This document shows positions 30,014 through 39,919 of a DNA stretch of 64,000 bases, in pieces. The DNA comes from Dehalococcoidia bacterium. GTDB taxonomy: Bacteria; Chloroflexota; Dehalococcoidia; SZUA-161; SpSt-899. The notes under the pieces were generated by a model. The model did no database searches, was not told the origin of the DNA, and saw nothing but the letters and a program-made list of their open reading frames with translations. A program made the translations under genes and the position numbers. Within the stretch, counting starts at the first letter, position 1; each line of letters begins with the position of its first letter. The DNA is taken from contig JAWOBB010000064.1 in NCBI GenBank assembly GCA_046498265.1, positions 8,575 to 72,574 of the forward strand, given 5' to 3'.

Positions 30014-30359
30014 TGACGTTGGGCTGAAGGTCCTTGACGGCCCCCGGCATCTCACCCTCCCGGGCTCCGTCTATCATGTCCCGAATCTGGGAAGGCACCT
30101 CCATGCCCATGCTTTCGAATTTATCTTCCGTCCACCTGCCGATATTTCGGGGATCGTTGTAATAGCCGGGGTCGCTGGGGTTAGAGTAAGCTGCGTGGAC
30201 ATCGCTTATCGATTTACTGATGCCGAAGCTGGTTACCAGGCGGGCCAGTTTCCTGCTGCCGCAGGCCGGGCAACGGGCATCTACCGGGGAGGAAACGGTT
30301 CTCACGAAGATGCTGGTTTTGGTATTGCATTTATTGCAACGGAACTCATAAATGGGCAT
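30003..30359 (-). CDS. FmdB-family zinc-ribbon protein (paralog 2)
   Basis: 118 aa. MPIYEFRCNKCNTKTSIF...CPACGS is the CxxC...CxxC FmdB ribbon. The C-terminal NDPRNIGRW motif is shared with paralog 1. Confidence 0.75.
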   Translation of the reverse strand: MPIYEFRCNKCNTKTSIFVRTVSSPVDARCPACGSRKLARLVTSFGISKSISDVHAAYSNPSDPGYYNDPRNIGRWTEDKFESMGMEVPSQIRDMIDGAREGEMPGAVKDLQPNVNEI

Positions 30360-30361
30360 TT

Positions 30362-30778
30362 TCAGTCCTCTTCTCCCCCGGAGGGAGCCCCGCTGTCATT
30401 GTTCAGACCCAGCGCCGACTGGGCATCGGTGACCACACTCTCGTAGGATTCACCGGCCTCCAGCCGTTCCTGGAATCCCTCGTATTCCGGGGCGATTTCA
30501 TCCCCGGTAGCCTGCATCATCTTTTTGTTCCACTGGGCCAGTGCCCGCGGGTCACTGGCCTCCAGCCCCTTCACCAGTTGGCGGTCGCCCAGGATTTCCT
30601 CGTAGAAATCCTTACGATAATACGTTTCACCCTTTCCCATTCGGAACGTTGAGAACAATCGAGTGAGGTCAGTGCTCCCGCATTGCGGGCATTTGGTGGA
30701 AGGATCGGGTTCAAACCCCCGACTGAAGATAGAGACCTTCCGTTTACAATTTGAGCATCGATATTCGTAAATCGGCAT
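30362..30778 (-). CDS. FmdB-family zinc-ribbon protein (paralog 1)
   Basis: 138 aa. MPIYEYRCSNCKRKVSIF...CPQCGS, then SDPRALAQW, with an acidic tail. It ends 2 nt before paralog 2. Confidence 0.75.
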   Translation of the reverse strand: MPIYEYRCSNCKRKVSIFSRGFEPDPSTKCPQCGSTDLTRLFSTFRMGKGETYYRKDFYEEILGDRQLVKGLEASDPRALAQWNKKMMQATGDEIAPEYEGFQERLEAGESYESVVTDAQSALGLNNDSGAPSGGEED

Positions 30779-30872
30779 CGCTTTTCACCTTATTTGACAC
30801 TTTGATTTTATCAGATAGGGAATATCAGAACAAACAAAGCCCCCCGATAATACACCCCTTTTTTAAGGCTGG

Positions 30873-31241
30873 TCAATCGGCCACCGCATTTTTGATGATC
30901 TCGATACGGGATATCTTGTCCCTTTCCCCCATTTCCACGGCCACCACATCGATCCGCCAGAACTGGGCTGTCCCCTGGTGCTGCTGCATGTAATATTCAG
31001 CCAGTTTAATCAGCTTTGCCTGCTTGGCGGAATTGACCGATTCCTCCGGTGTGCCGTATTCGAGGTTGTGCTTGGTGCGTACCTCGGCAAAGACGATGGT
31101 ATCTTTATCCCGGGCAACGATGTCGATTTCCCCCAGCTTACAGCGGTAATTGGTCTCAATGATTTTGTAACCCTGTTTTTTGAGAAATTTCTCGGCCTGC
31201 TTTTCCCCCACTGCCCCGGTGGTTTTTCGGTCCTTAAACAT
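30873..31241 (-). CDS. yraN: YraN-family (UPF0102) endonuclease-like protein
   Basis: 122 aa. GEKQAEKFLKKQGYKIIETNYRCKLGEIDIVARDKDTIVFAEVRTK matches the YraN signature. Confidence 0.8.
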   Translation of the reverse strand: MFKDRKTTGAVGEKQAEKFLKKQGYKIIETNYRCKLGEIDIVARDKDTIVFAEVRTKHNLEYGTPEESVNSAKQAKLIKLAEYYMQQHQGTAQFWRIDVVAVEMGERDKISRIEIIKNAVAD

Positions 31242-31866
31242 ATTTCTCCCGAGCGCGGCGTACCGGCGCGAAGCTGGCCCGGTGGATGGGGCAGCAGCCG
31301 ATTTCCCCCAAACTTTCCATGTGTTCCTTTGTGCCGTACCCCATATTCCGACCGAAGCCGTATCCGGGATAGAGCCTGTCGTAATCTTTCATCATCGCAT
31401 CTCGATGGACCTTGGCGACTATCGAGGCGGCGGCGATGGAACGGGAAATACAGTCCCCCTTGAACATGCTTTTCTGATGGATGGGGATTTCGGGCAGTTT
31501 GACCGCATCGATCAGGAGCGCATCGGGGAGGAGGCCGAGCTGTTCGACTGCCGTTTTCATGGCCAGCCTGGTTGCCCCCACGATTCCGAGCAAATCTATT
31601 TGTCCGGCAGGGACCACCCCGATGCCAAAGTCCGGGGCTTCTGCCTTGATACATGCGGAAAGAAACTCCCGTTTTCTGGCAGTGAGCTTTTTGCTGTCCT
31701 GAACCTGCTCCAGCCAGGGAAGGTTATCATCCGGTGCCAGGATCACCGCGGCGGCTACAACCGGCCCCGCCAGGGGCCCGCGCCCGGCCTCATCGATGCC
31801 GGCGATGTGTATCAACCCTTTTTGCCGCAGCAGTTCTTCTTCGGCAAAGGTGGGCATTTGGGCCAT
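31234..31866 (-). CDS. rnhB: Ribonuclease HII
   Basis: 210 aa with the GIDEAGRGPLAGPVV active-site start and DSKKLT. It overlaps yraN by 8 nt, and rnhB-yraN is a common pairing. Confidence 0.9.
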   Translation of the reverse strand: MAQMPTFAEEELLRQKGLIHIAGIDEAGRGPLAGPVVAAAVILAPDDNLPWLEQVQDSKKLTARKREFLSACIKAEAPDFGIGVVPAGQIDLLGIVGATRLAMKTAVEQLGLLPDALLIDAVKLPEIPIHQKSMFKGDCISRSIAAASIVAKVHRDAMMKDYDRLYPGYGFGRNMGYGTKEHMESLGEIGCCPIHRASFAPVRRAREKYV

Positions 31867-32035
31867 GAGGTGATTATACCCTCAAATATCGCATGTTGCC
31901 ATATTGGCTGGGTGCATTGACAGGGCGGGCTTTTAATCGAAAATAATCCTGATGTCCGGCTTGCTGGTTCAGGCAGAAAGGGGGATGCTTAGATGTACAC
32001 TGATTTTCCCGGGCGCATGGATAAAAAGGATTGAT

Positions 32036-32064
32036 TTGTGGTAAAGTATAGGGCGTCGTATAAT
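32036..32064 (+). promoter_or_regulatory. Candidate promoter for secG
   Basis: TATAAT at 32059-32064 with TTGTGG 17 nt upstream (32036-32041). It lies about 50 nt before ATG 32112. Confidence 0.3.
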
Positions 32065-32111
32065 GACATAAGTGGACGTGGTTCTGCTAAGATATTTGAG
32101 GGAAGGCCAGG

Positions 32112-32336
32112 ATGAACGCTGTTTATTTTGCTGAAATTATAATCTCAACTGCCCTTATAGGGGTTATTCTGATTCAGGCGAGGGGTGCCGGGGGGTTGGG
32201 CGGTATATTTGGAGGAACGCAAAGTTCGGGGGGGTACAGGACAAGGCGTGGTGTTGAGCAAACCCTGTTTCGATTTACCATTATCCTGGCGGTAATCTTT
32301 GTGATTATCGCTGCAATCAGCACCAAGATGGATTAG
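32112..32336 (+). CDS. secG: Preprotein translocase subunit SecG
   Basis: 74 aa with two TM segments and the Gly-rich loop QARGAGGLGGIFGG. Confidence 0.8.
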   Translation: MNAVYFAEIIISTALIGVILIQARGAGGLGGIFGGTQSSGGYRTRRGVEQTLFRFTIILAVIFVIIAAISTKMD

Positions 32337-32350
32337 GCTTTGTTGTTCCC

Positions 32351-33133
32351 ATGGGCAGCGGGATTATTACCCTGACAACAGATTTTGGCTATCGTGATGC
32401 CTATGTTGGAGTGATGAAAGGGGTAATCCTGGGAATCAATCCGGAGGCCACGATTGTAGATATCTCCCATGATATCGAACCCCAGAACGTATTTGAGGCT
32501 GCGTATCTTATCAGGACAGCATATTCCTGCTTCCCCCCGGATGCAATTCATGTGGTGATTGTGGACCCGGGGGTGGGAAGCAATCGCAAAGCCATAATAG
32601 TGAGAACTCCTCGAGCATACTTCGTTGCCCCGGATAACGGCGTTTTAAGTTATGTGGTCGATGACATGCTGGAAGCGATAGATATTACCAATCCTGATTT
32701 CTGGCTGCATCCTTTGAGTACAACCTTTCATGGACGGGATATTTTTGCGCCGGTGGCCGCTCATCTTTCAGTGGGCATTTCGGCCAAGGATTTCGGGGAG
32801 GAAATTTCCTCGCTGGTGGAACTTCCCGCATTGGAATCAGAGAAGCTGGCTGAGGGCACCGTTGTTGGACGGATAATTCATATCGACCGTTTCGGTAATT
32901 TGATTACCAGTATTAAGCACAATGACCTTCCTGCTGGCGACGTTTATATCGAAGTGAAAGGATATACTATTGAGGGATTGAGCCCCTCATATGTTGAGGG
33001 GGAGGGGGTTTTAGCACTTATCGGGAGTGATGGGTATTTGGAGATCTCTGTTCCCAATGGCAATGCTTCTGATTTCCTTAAAATCGTGAGTGGAGATCTC
33101 GTAAAAGTAGGCTCAACTAGACCAAATACTTGA
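32351..33133 (+). CDS. SAM hydrolase / SAM hydroxide adenosyltransferase (DUF62 family)
   Basis: 260 aa. The N-terminus ITLTTDFGYRDAYVGVMKGVI and VVDPGVGS are diagnostic of the DUF62/fluorinase-like family. Confidence 0.8.
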   Translation: MGSGIITLTTDFGYRDAYVGVMKGVILGINPEATIVDISHDIEPQNVFEAAYLIRTAYSCFPPDAIHVVIVDPGVGSNRKAIIVRTPRAYFVAPDNGVLSYVVDDMLEAIDITNPDFWLHPLSTTFHGRDIFAPVAAHLSVGISAKDFGEEISSLVELPALESEKLAEGTVVGRIIHIDRFGNLITSIKHNDLPAGDVYIEVKGYTIEGLSPSYVEGEGVLALIGSDGYLEISVPNGNASDFLKIVSGDLVKVGSTRPNT

Positions 33134-33199
33134 TATTTTTACGATTTACTGGTATGCTGGTTAGCACAAAAGTTAACCGACTATTGAGAAGGATGATAA

Positions 33200-34102
33200 A
33201 TGGCTGGAGCTAAAATCTGGTTAGCGGAGACGAGGCCGCAGTTTTTACTGCTTGTGCCTGTATGCGTTTTTGCCGGCATTGCCGCTGCCTTATATGACGG
33301 GATTTCCTTTAACGGTCTGTATTTTGCACTGGCATTTATTGGTGGGTTGTGTGCCCATATCACCGTGAATGTACTCAATGATTATTTTGATTATAAAACC
33401 GGTGTGGACCTGAAAACCGTAAGGACTCCTTTCAGTGGGGGCAGTGGCATTCTGCCTGCGGCTTTGATGAAGCCTGGTGAGGTTCTCGTGCTGGGACTGG
33501 GGAGTCTCCTGGTAGTATTGGGCATAGGGATTTATTTCATTACAGTTTATGGATGGGAGATAATCCCTATTGGGATAGTTGGTTTGATTTGCGCTTCTCT
33601 CTATACACCGTTCATTTCAAGATTACCGGTTACCAGCGAAGTGGCGGCTGGCGGCGGATTTGCGCTTATCACGCTGGGGGTGTATTTTACTCAGTCTGGC
33701 GATTATAGTGTCGCCTCGGCCTTTGTGACAATGTTGACTTTCCTGCTGGTGGCTAATCTTCTCTTGATCAACGAGATTCCCGATACGGAAGCCGATCGCT
33801 CGGGTGGCAGGAGACATATCCCTATTAATTTTGGCACCGGCGTGGCGGCAAAGGTTTACGCGATGGTGTTATTAGTAGCTTATGTGCTCGTAATAGGTGC
33901 TGTGGCGGGAGGTTTTCTACCCTTACTGGCTTTACTTGCTCTGTTGACTTTACCATTCGGATTAAAGGCGGCCCTCGGAAGCATTAAGAACCATGGGAAT
34001 TCGGGTAAATTAGTCTCAGCGCAGGCGGCCAATATACTGGTAGTCCTGGTGACGCCTTTGCTTATGGCGCTTGGGATTACGTTGGATGTTTATGTCCTTT
34101 GA
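33200..34102 (+). CDS. UbiA-family aromatic prenyltransferase (MenA-like)
   Basis: 300 aa with about 8-9 TM segments. It carries the Asp-rich motifs NVLNDYFDYKTGVD and INEIPDTEADRSGG. Confidence 0.75.
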   Translation: MAGAKIWLAETRPQFLLLVPVCVFAGIAAALYDGISFNGLYFALAFIGGLCAHITVNVLNDYFDYKTGVDLKTVRTPFSGGSGILPAALMKPGEVLVLGLGSLLVVLGIGIYFITVYGWEIIPIGIVGLICASLYTPFISRLPVTSEVAAGGGFALITLGVYFTQSGDYSVASAFVTMLTFLLVANLLLINEIPDTEADRSGGRRHIPINFGTGVAAKVYAMVLLVAYVLVIGAVAGGFLPLLALLALLTLPFGLKAALGSIKNHGNSGKLVSAQAANILVVLVTPLLMALGITLDVYVL

Positions 34103-34125
34103 TAGGAGTAAATGGAGTTTTAGAT

Positions 34126-34422
34126 ATGGCTTATGGTTTTTTAATAATACTGATAGCGATGTTCGCCATTTTTTATTTCCTTATTCTCAGGCCGCAGCGC
34201 AGACGCCAGAGCGAGCACCAGCAGCTTTTAGAGGAGTTGCAAAGAGGAGATAAAGTTATTACTATTGGTGGTATCTACGGGGAAATAGAATCGGTGGGCG
34301 AATATGATGTTATACTTAAGGTAGAAGATGGAACTAAATTGAAACTCCTTAAAAGCAGTGTTATGGGAATGCAGCAGACGGAGGATCTCCTGCAGCCCCC
34401 TGAAGTTCCGGATGGTTCTTAA
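34126..34422 (+). CDS. yajC: Preprotein translocase subunit YajC
   Basis: ATG 34126 (MAYGFLIILIAMF) with GGAG upstream; the track uses TTG 34099. It has one TM segment followed by LILRPQRRRQ...GDKVITIGGIYGEI. Confidence 0.8.
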   Translation: MAYGFLIILIAMFAIFYFLILRPQRRRQSEHQQLLEELQRGDKVITIGGIYGEIESVGEYDVILKVEDGTKLKLLKSSVMGMQQTEDLLQPPEVPDGS

Positions 34423-34499
34423 TCAATAACTTTTAAGAAGTTTTGAAATCGGTATAACAGCTTTTTAGTAAGCGTGATGAGGAGCCTGGAGGCGAAATT

Positions 34500-35582
34500 T
34501 TGTTATCTCCGGCAAGAAAGAGACTGATAAGGGTTAAATTGAGGAAATTCTTCAATTTCATGCGAGGAGTGGTCAACGAATACTTGACCGATAACTGCCC
34601 GCACCTGTCCGCTTCGATTGCTTTTTATACCTTCTTTTCACTATTCCCATTGACCCTGGCTGCTATCTCCATACTCGGGTTTATGACCAATGATCCGGAT
34701 GTGCAGAATGAGGTAGTTGAAGCAGTGACCGATTTCGTGCCCGTGGAGAGTGATTTCATTGCCAAAACCATTAACGGGGTCAGTAATACCTGGGAGGCTA
34801 CCGGTATTGTTGCTATCATTGGTTTACTGTGGGGCGGCTCCTCGGTTTTCCATGCTATAAGAAAGTCACTTAATGCTGCCTGGGGAATAAAGAGGCCCCG
34901 TGCATTTGTGGTGGACAGATTCGTAGAATTCTGCATGATGGTTGGCCTGGGGATACTGCTGTTGGCATCTTTTGGCGCTACTGCAGTATTAAGTGTATTC
35001 AAGAAATATAGTATAAACGCAACGGATGTTGCCTTCTTTAAAGGGGATTTGTTCTGGAATGCTATGCTCATCCTGGTGACGATTGCTATAGCATTTGTTA
35101 CCTTCATGCTTCTCTATAAATTCATTCCCAATACCAGGGTTCGCTGGCGGGATGTCTGGGGTGGGGCGTTGCTGGCGGCGGTGGGATTTGAGGGTGCCAA
35201 GCAGGTTTTTGTCTGGTATGCCACCACTCACTCTTCATACAACGTAATTTATGGCACGGTAAGTAATGTTATAGCGGTAATGGTGTGGCTGTACATTTCG
35301 GCAGTTGTCATGCTTTTCTGTGGCAAGCTCACTGCCGTATATTCAAGGTCGCGTATGCCTGAAGAGCCGGCAGGAGAAGAGACCTCCGATACGGTGACGT
35401 ATCTGGGGCCGCTCCAGGCTCCTGTGGAGAATATGCTTTTGAAAGGTAGACAGGTACTTGGCGATGCGATTCCCTCTTTCAGTTCCGTCTCGTGGCTGGG
35501 TCCGGTCGGCGTTGCCCGGCGGGATGCCCGAAAACGGAAGCTTGACAGGACAAGACATGGAAGGCCCCATAAAAGAGATTAA
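34500..35582 (+). CDS. YihY/BrkB-family membrane protein
   Basis: 360 aa with a TTG start and GGAGG 7 nt upstream. SASIAFYTFFSLFPL and six TM segments are typical of the YihY family. Confidence 0.75.
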   Translation: MLSPARKRLIRVKLRKFFNFMRGVVNEYLTDNCPHLSASIAFYTFFSLFPLTLAAISILGFMTNDPDVQNEVVEAVTDFVPVESDFIAKTINGVSNTWEATGIVAIIGLLWGGSSVFHAIRKSLNAAWGIKRPRAFVVDRFVEFCMMVGLGILLLASFGATAVLSVFKKYSINATDVAFFKGDLFWNAMLILVTIAIAFVTFMLLYKFIPNTRVRWRDVWGGALLAAVGFEGAKQVFVWYATTHSSYNVIYGTVSNVIAVMVWLYISAVVMLFCGKLTAVYSRSRMPEEPAGEETSDTVTYLGPLQAPVENMLLKGRQVLGDAIPSFSSVSWLGPVGVARRDARKRKLDRTRHGRPHKRD

Positions 35583-36705
35583 TCGAACAGTCAGAAACAT
35601 TTCGCTTTTTATACTGGTACTATTTCTGGTTTTCCTCCTCATTTCGTGCGTGAATTCCGAGGATGAAGGAGCGACAACATCGGAGATACCAACTGCTTCT
35701 CCAATTCCAACCGAAGTGTTTCCCCTTGATATGCCCCCGGTTACATCCGGATCCTGCTCGGCAGTTGCCCTTTCGAATACACTTGCATATGTAGTAGATA
35801 AGGTAGAGCCGGCGGTGGTGTTTATCTCGGCTGAGGTAGAAACGGAGAGTTTTTTCTTTGGGAAGACGGTGCAGGAGGCATCTGGTTCAGGGGTGATTGT
35901 CAGCCCCGATGGTTACATACTGACCAATAATCATGTGGTCGAGGGTGCCAGCAAACTGGAGGTGACTTTATCCGAGGCTGCCCATGCGTATGAGGCGGAG
36001 ATTGTCGGCGTTGATCCGCTGACCGATCTGGCGGTTATAAAGATCGATGGCGAGAACCTGCCCACAGTTCCGTTCGGGGATGCTTCGGCATTGCAGCCTG
36101 GCAATCTGGTCATAGCCATGGGATATCCGCTGGCACTTGATGAGGGTGCCACGATCACAATGGGTGTGGTCAGCAACACAGAGCGTTCCTTTTCGATCGG
36201 GGATTCCACTTATTATGATGTCATTCAAACCGATGCTGCCATTAATCAGGGAAATAGTGGGGGTCCCCTTGTCGATATGACTGGCAGAATAGTGGGAATC
36301 AACTCGGTACTCTTTGGAGGGGCACAGAATATAGGTTTTGCGGTAAGCGTCAATACGGCTGAACCCGTTTACGAAGCACTGATCGGTGCCGAGCACCGCA
36401 TGGTACGGCCCTGGCTGGGGGTAATCCTGGCTGATGTCACTCCCGATCTGGCGGATGAAGCTAACCTCTCGCGGCAGTCCGGCGTGGTGATAACCAGTGT
36501 GGTGGCAAACAGTCCGGCAGATGAGGCGGGTCTTCAGGTTAGGGATGTTGTCACTCGTTTTGAAGGAGAGGAAATGACCACTGCCAGCCAGTTGATTCGG
36601 GACTTGTGGCGTCACAAACTCGGCGAGGAGGTGACTATTACCTTCTGGCGGGATGGCGAAAAAAAGCAAACGAAGCTTGAATTGACTGTGGAACGCCCTG
36701 AGTAA
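35557..36705 (+). CDS. HtrA/DegP-family serine protease with a PDZ domain
   Basis: The likely start is ATG 35557 (MEGPIKEINRTVRNISLFILVLFLVFLLISC). The catalytic triad context is TNNHVVEG, DLAVIKI and GNSGGPLVD. The C-terminal PDZ includes GVVITSVVANSPADEAGLQVRDVV. Confidence 0.85.
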   Translation: MEGPIKEINRTVRNISLFILVLFLVFLLISCVNSEDEGATTSEIPTASPIPTEVFPLDMPPVTSGSCSAVALSNTLAYVVDKVEPAVVFISAEVETESFFFGKTVQEASGSGVIVSPDGYILTNNHVVEGASKLEVTLSEAAHAYEAEIVGVDPLTDLAVIKIDGENLPTVPFGDASALQPGNLVIAMGYPLALDEGATITMGVVSNTERSFSIGDSTYYDVIQTDAAINQGNSGGPLVDMTGRIVGINSVLFGGAQNIGFAVSVNTAEPVYEALIGAEHRMVRPWLGVILADVTPDLADEANLSRQSGVVITSVVANSPADEAGLQVRDVVTRFEGEEMTTASQLIRDLWRHKLGEEVTITFWRDGEKKQTKLELTVERPE

Positions 36706-36712
36706 CCTGCGT

Positions 36713-39700
36713 TTATCGCTTCACCCCGAAGCTTATCTCTTTCCCTTCAAGCTCATGATCTTCTGTATAAGCTCCATCAGGAGAGGTGCCTTCGACCATC
36801 TCTTTGGATAACGTCTCCTGTTTGATGTAAGCGGCGAATTTCGAGATTACCTGCCGAACGCTCTCTTCCCCCTGGTAGTAAGTTGTAATATAGTCGGCGA
36901 TGTCGAATCCGGCAGAGCGACGCATGGTTTGCAATCGGTGGACAATCTCGCGTGCCATTCCCTCTTCGGCCAGTTCGGGGGACACCTCGATGGGTATACC
37001 GACTGCATATCCGGTCTCTTCGACGACAGAGTAGTTCGAGCGGGGTATGGCGGATACTAAAACCTCGTCAGGGAGGAGATTGAATCCCCCAACAGAGATT
37101 CCTTTTCCCTCTTTTACATTGTTCGCCACATCCTGCGGATCGAGTTCTGCCAGCGATTCTTTTATCGGACCGAGGTCCTTGCCGTATTTCGGGCCGAGCA
37201 GGGCCAGGTTTGGCTTGATTTCGAAATCCATCAGGTCGCGTTCATCCGTGGTGACGATGATTTCTTTAACGTTCAATTCTTCGATAATCTGAGGCTCCAG
37301 CCTTTTGATTCCTTCGCTTTCCGATTTTGCTTTGACCCTGATAATCGCCTTCTCAAGGGGCTGGCGGACCTTGAGGCTTGCTTTGCTCCGGGCGGAACGG
37401 CCCAGACTGGAAACCTTCATTACCAGATGGGTATCCGCTGACAGTTTTTCGTCGAACTTGCCGCGGTCGGCAAGGGGAAAATCGCAAAGATGGACACTTT
37501 GGGGGGCTTGAGGATAAAAAGAGCATATCAGATTCCGGTAAATTTCGTCGGCGATGAAGGGAGTGATCGGGGCCAGCAGTTTGGCGGTGACGGTCAGGCA
37601 CTCGTAGAGTGCGGCATGGGCCGAGAGTTTATCGGTATCGTTTTCGCTTTTCCAGAAGCGCCGGCGGCTCCGGCGGATGAACCAGTTGGAAAGGTCGTCG
37701 ACGAACCGTTCGATTTTCCTTCCTGCCCCCGTAGCATCGTATTTATCCAGCGCCATGGTGACCTCATCGATAAGCTGATTAAGTTCGGAAAGAATCCATC
37801 GGTCGAGCTCGGGACGCTTTTCCAGGTTATTTACTTCTCGCGGATCGAATCCATCGATGTTGGCATAAGTGACGAAAAACGAATAGGTGTTCCACAGGGT
37901 GAGCAGAAAGCGGCGCATTCCCTCCATCACGAGTTCAGGGGAGAAGCGTCGCACGTTGCCCGGGGGCGAGGAAGTGAGCAGATACCATCTCAGGGCATCT
38001 GCGCCATACTTATTGATTACCTGCCAGGGCTCGACCACGTTCCCTTTCGACTTACTCATCTTCTCGCCTTCAGCATCGAGGATGTGTCCCAGGCAGATCA
38101 CATTTCTGTAGCAGGGTTGATCGAACAGGATCACCGAAATCGCATGCAGGCTGTAAAACCAGCCGCGTGTTTGGTCCACCGCTTCGCAGATGTAATCGGC
38201 GGGGAAACGACCGTCCGTTAAGAGCGTTTCGTTTTCGAAAGGATAATGCACCTGGGCGAGGGGCATGGCTCCGGAATCGAACCAGCAGTCGATTACCTCC
38301 GGCACCCGCCGCATAACCCCGCCGCATTCACAGGCAAATGTGATTTCGTCCATATAGGGCCGATGGAAATCCGGTTCCCCCTCGATCCCGCTGACACCGG
38401 GCTTGGTTTTCAATTCATCGAAGCCGTCGATGCAGTTAAACTTCCCGCAGTCATCGCACTGCCATATCGGAAGCGGCGTACCCCAGTACCTTTCCCGGGA
38501 AAAGGCCCAGTCGATATTGTTCTCGAGCCAGTCACCAAATCGGCCCTTCTTGATATGCTCGGGGTACCAGTTTATCTGCTCGTTGCATTTGATCAATTCG
38601 TCTTTTCTGGCGGAGGTTTTGACATACCATGAAGGTTTGGCGTAATAAACCAGGGGTGTATCGCACCTCCAGCAGAAGGGATAAGTGTGCCGGATGGTTT
38701 CCTGATGGTGCAGGAGCCCTCGAGATTTCAAATCATCCAGGATTAAGGGATCAGCGTCTTTGATGAATTTGCCGGACCAGGGCTTGTCGACCGGCATCAT
38801 ATTTCCATCCAGATCGACGGTGTGAACGATAGGCAGGTTTTCCACTTGCCCGATATCGTAGTCCTCCTGACCATAGGCTGGGGCGATGTGGACGATGCCG
38901 GTGCCGTCTTCCATCGATACGAAATCGGCGGCTATCACCCGGTTATACCGTTGTAATGGGCCGCCGCCAACGACGAAATCGGGGTCCGGTTCGAAGAGCC
39001 GTTCATAGGTTGTGCCGACCAGTTTTTCCCCACTGAATTCTGCAATTATGTCCCAGTTATCAGCACCTGTTGCCTGTTCAAGAAGTGCCCGGGCCATGAT
39101 GAGCCTGTCCGGTTTGCCTTCCGGGGAGGTAGCTTGCAACAGTGCGTACATTTCTTCAGGATTGACCGCCAGTGCCACATTGGCTGTGAGCGTCCAGGGA
39201 GTGGTGGTCCAGGCCAGAAGGTAAGTCGGCTGGCCCGAGTTCCCATCGGGTGGCTCTGAGGTCATTTCAAATCGGATGAAAATAGAGGGATCGGGGGTGT
39301 TCTCTTTGTAACCCAGGGCAACTTCGTGCGAGCTCAAAGAAGTGCCGCAGCGGGGGCAGTGGGGGGTTACCCGGTAGCCCTTATACACGAGACCCTGGTC
39401 CCAGAGCTGTTTGATGATCCACCAGCAGGTTTCGATGAAATTGTTGTCATAGGTGATGTACGGATGATCAAGGTCGATCCAGAAACCGATGCGCTCGGTC
39501 AGCCTGTTCCATTCTTCGATATTGCCGGTAACGCTCTGGCGGCATCTGGCATTGAACCTCCCGATTCCGTAGGCTTCTATTTCGGTTTTCGAGGTAAAGC
39601 CGAGTTCATTTTCCACTCCCAGTTCCACGGGTAGCCCGTGAGTATCCCAGCCGGCAATTCGGGGTGTGTAGTAACCCTGCATTGATTTGTATCTGGGGAA

Positions 39701-39901
39701 AACATCTTTAAACACCCGCGAAAGCACGTGATGAATGCCGGGGCTGGAATTAACGGTGGGCGGTCCCTCATAAAGTATGTATAGCGGGCCATCCTGGCGC
39801 TGGGTGATGCTTTTTTCAAAGATGCGCTCTTCATTCCAGAATCGCAGGATTCGGTCTTCGGTTTGAGGAAAACCCGGTTTGCTTTCAACTGGATGGAACA
39901 T
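36713..39901 (-). CDS. ileS: Isoleucine--tRNA ligase (type 2)
   Basis: 1062 aa with PPTVNSSPGIHHVLSR (HIGH-like), GEKMSKSKGN (KMSKS), and CP1 editing and Zn-ribbon regions. Confidence 0.95.
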   Translation of the reverse strand: MFHPVESKPGFPQTEDRILRFWNEERIFEKSITQRQDGPLYILYEGPPTVNSSPGIHHVLSRVFKDVFPRYKSMQGYYTPRIAGWDTHGLPVELGVENELGFTSKTEIEAYGIGRFNARCRQSVTGNIEEWNRLTERIGFWIDLDHPYITYDNNFIETCWWIIKQLWDQGLVYKGYRVTPHCPRCGTSLSSHEVALGYKENTPDPSIFIRFEMTSEPPDGNSGQPTYLLAWTTTPWTLTANVALAVNPEEMYALLQATSPEGKPDRLIMARALLEQATGADNWDIIAEFSGEKLVGTTYERLFEPDPDFVVGGGPLQRYNRVIAADFVSMEDGTGIVHIAPAYGQEDYDIGQVENLPIVHTVDLDGNMMPVDKPWSGKFIKDADPLILDDLKSRGLLHHQETIRHTYPFCWRCDTPLVYYAKPSWYVKTSARKDELIKCNEQINWYPEHIKKGRFGDWLENNIDWAFSRERYWGTPLPIWQCDDCGKFNCIDGFDELKTKPGVSGIEGEPDFHRPYMDEITFACECGGVMRRVPEVIDCWFDSGAMPLAQVHYPFENETLLTDGRFPADYICEAVDQTRGWFYSLHAISVILFDQPCYRNVICLGHILDAEGEKMSKSKGNVVEPWQVINKYGADALRWYLLTSSPPGNVRRFSPELVMEGMRRFLLTLWNTYSFFVTYANIDGFDPREVNNLEKRPELDRWILSELNQLIDEVTMALDKYDATGAGRKIERFVDDLSNWFIRRSRRRFWKSENDTDKLSAHAALYECLTVTAKLLAPITPFIADEIYRNLICSFYPQAPQSVHLCDFPLADRGKFDEKLSADTHLVMKVSSLGRSARSKASLKVRQPLEKAIIRVKAKSESEGIKRLEPQIIEELNVKEIIVTTDERDLMDFEIKPNLALLGPKYGKDLGPIKESLAELDPQDVANNVKEGKGISVGGFNLLPDEVLVSAIPRSNYSVVEETGYAVGIPIEVSPELAEEGMAREIVHRLQTMRRSAGFDIADYITTYYQGEESVRQVISKFAAYIKQETLSKEMVEGTSPDGAYTEDHELEGKEISFGVKR

Positions 39902-39919
39902 ATGAAAAAACTCGAGTTG

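Noticed and set aside
30779-30872. Possible TPP riboswitch upstream of the FmdB-FmdB-thiE string
   Set aside because: The 94-nt leader lacks the conserved CTGAGA and ACCTGATCTGGATAATGCCAGCG-type elements, and it is too short.
39902-39919. T-box leader for ileS
   Set aside because: Only 18 nt separate the jag stop from the ileS start. There is no room for a T-box, so ileS appears co-transcribed with the yidC-jag string.
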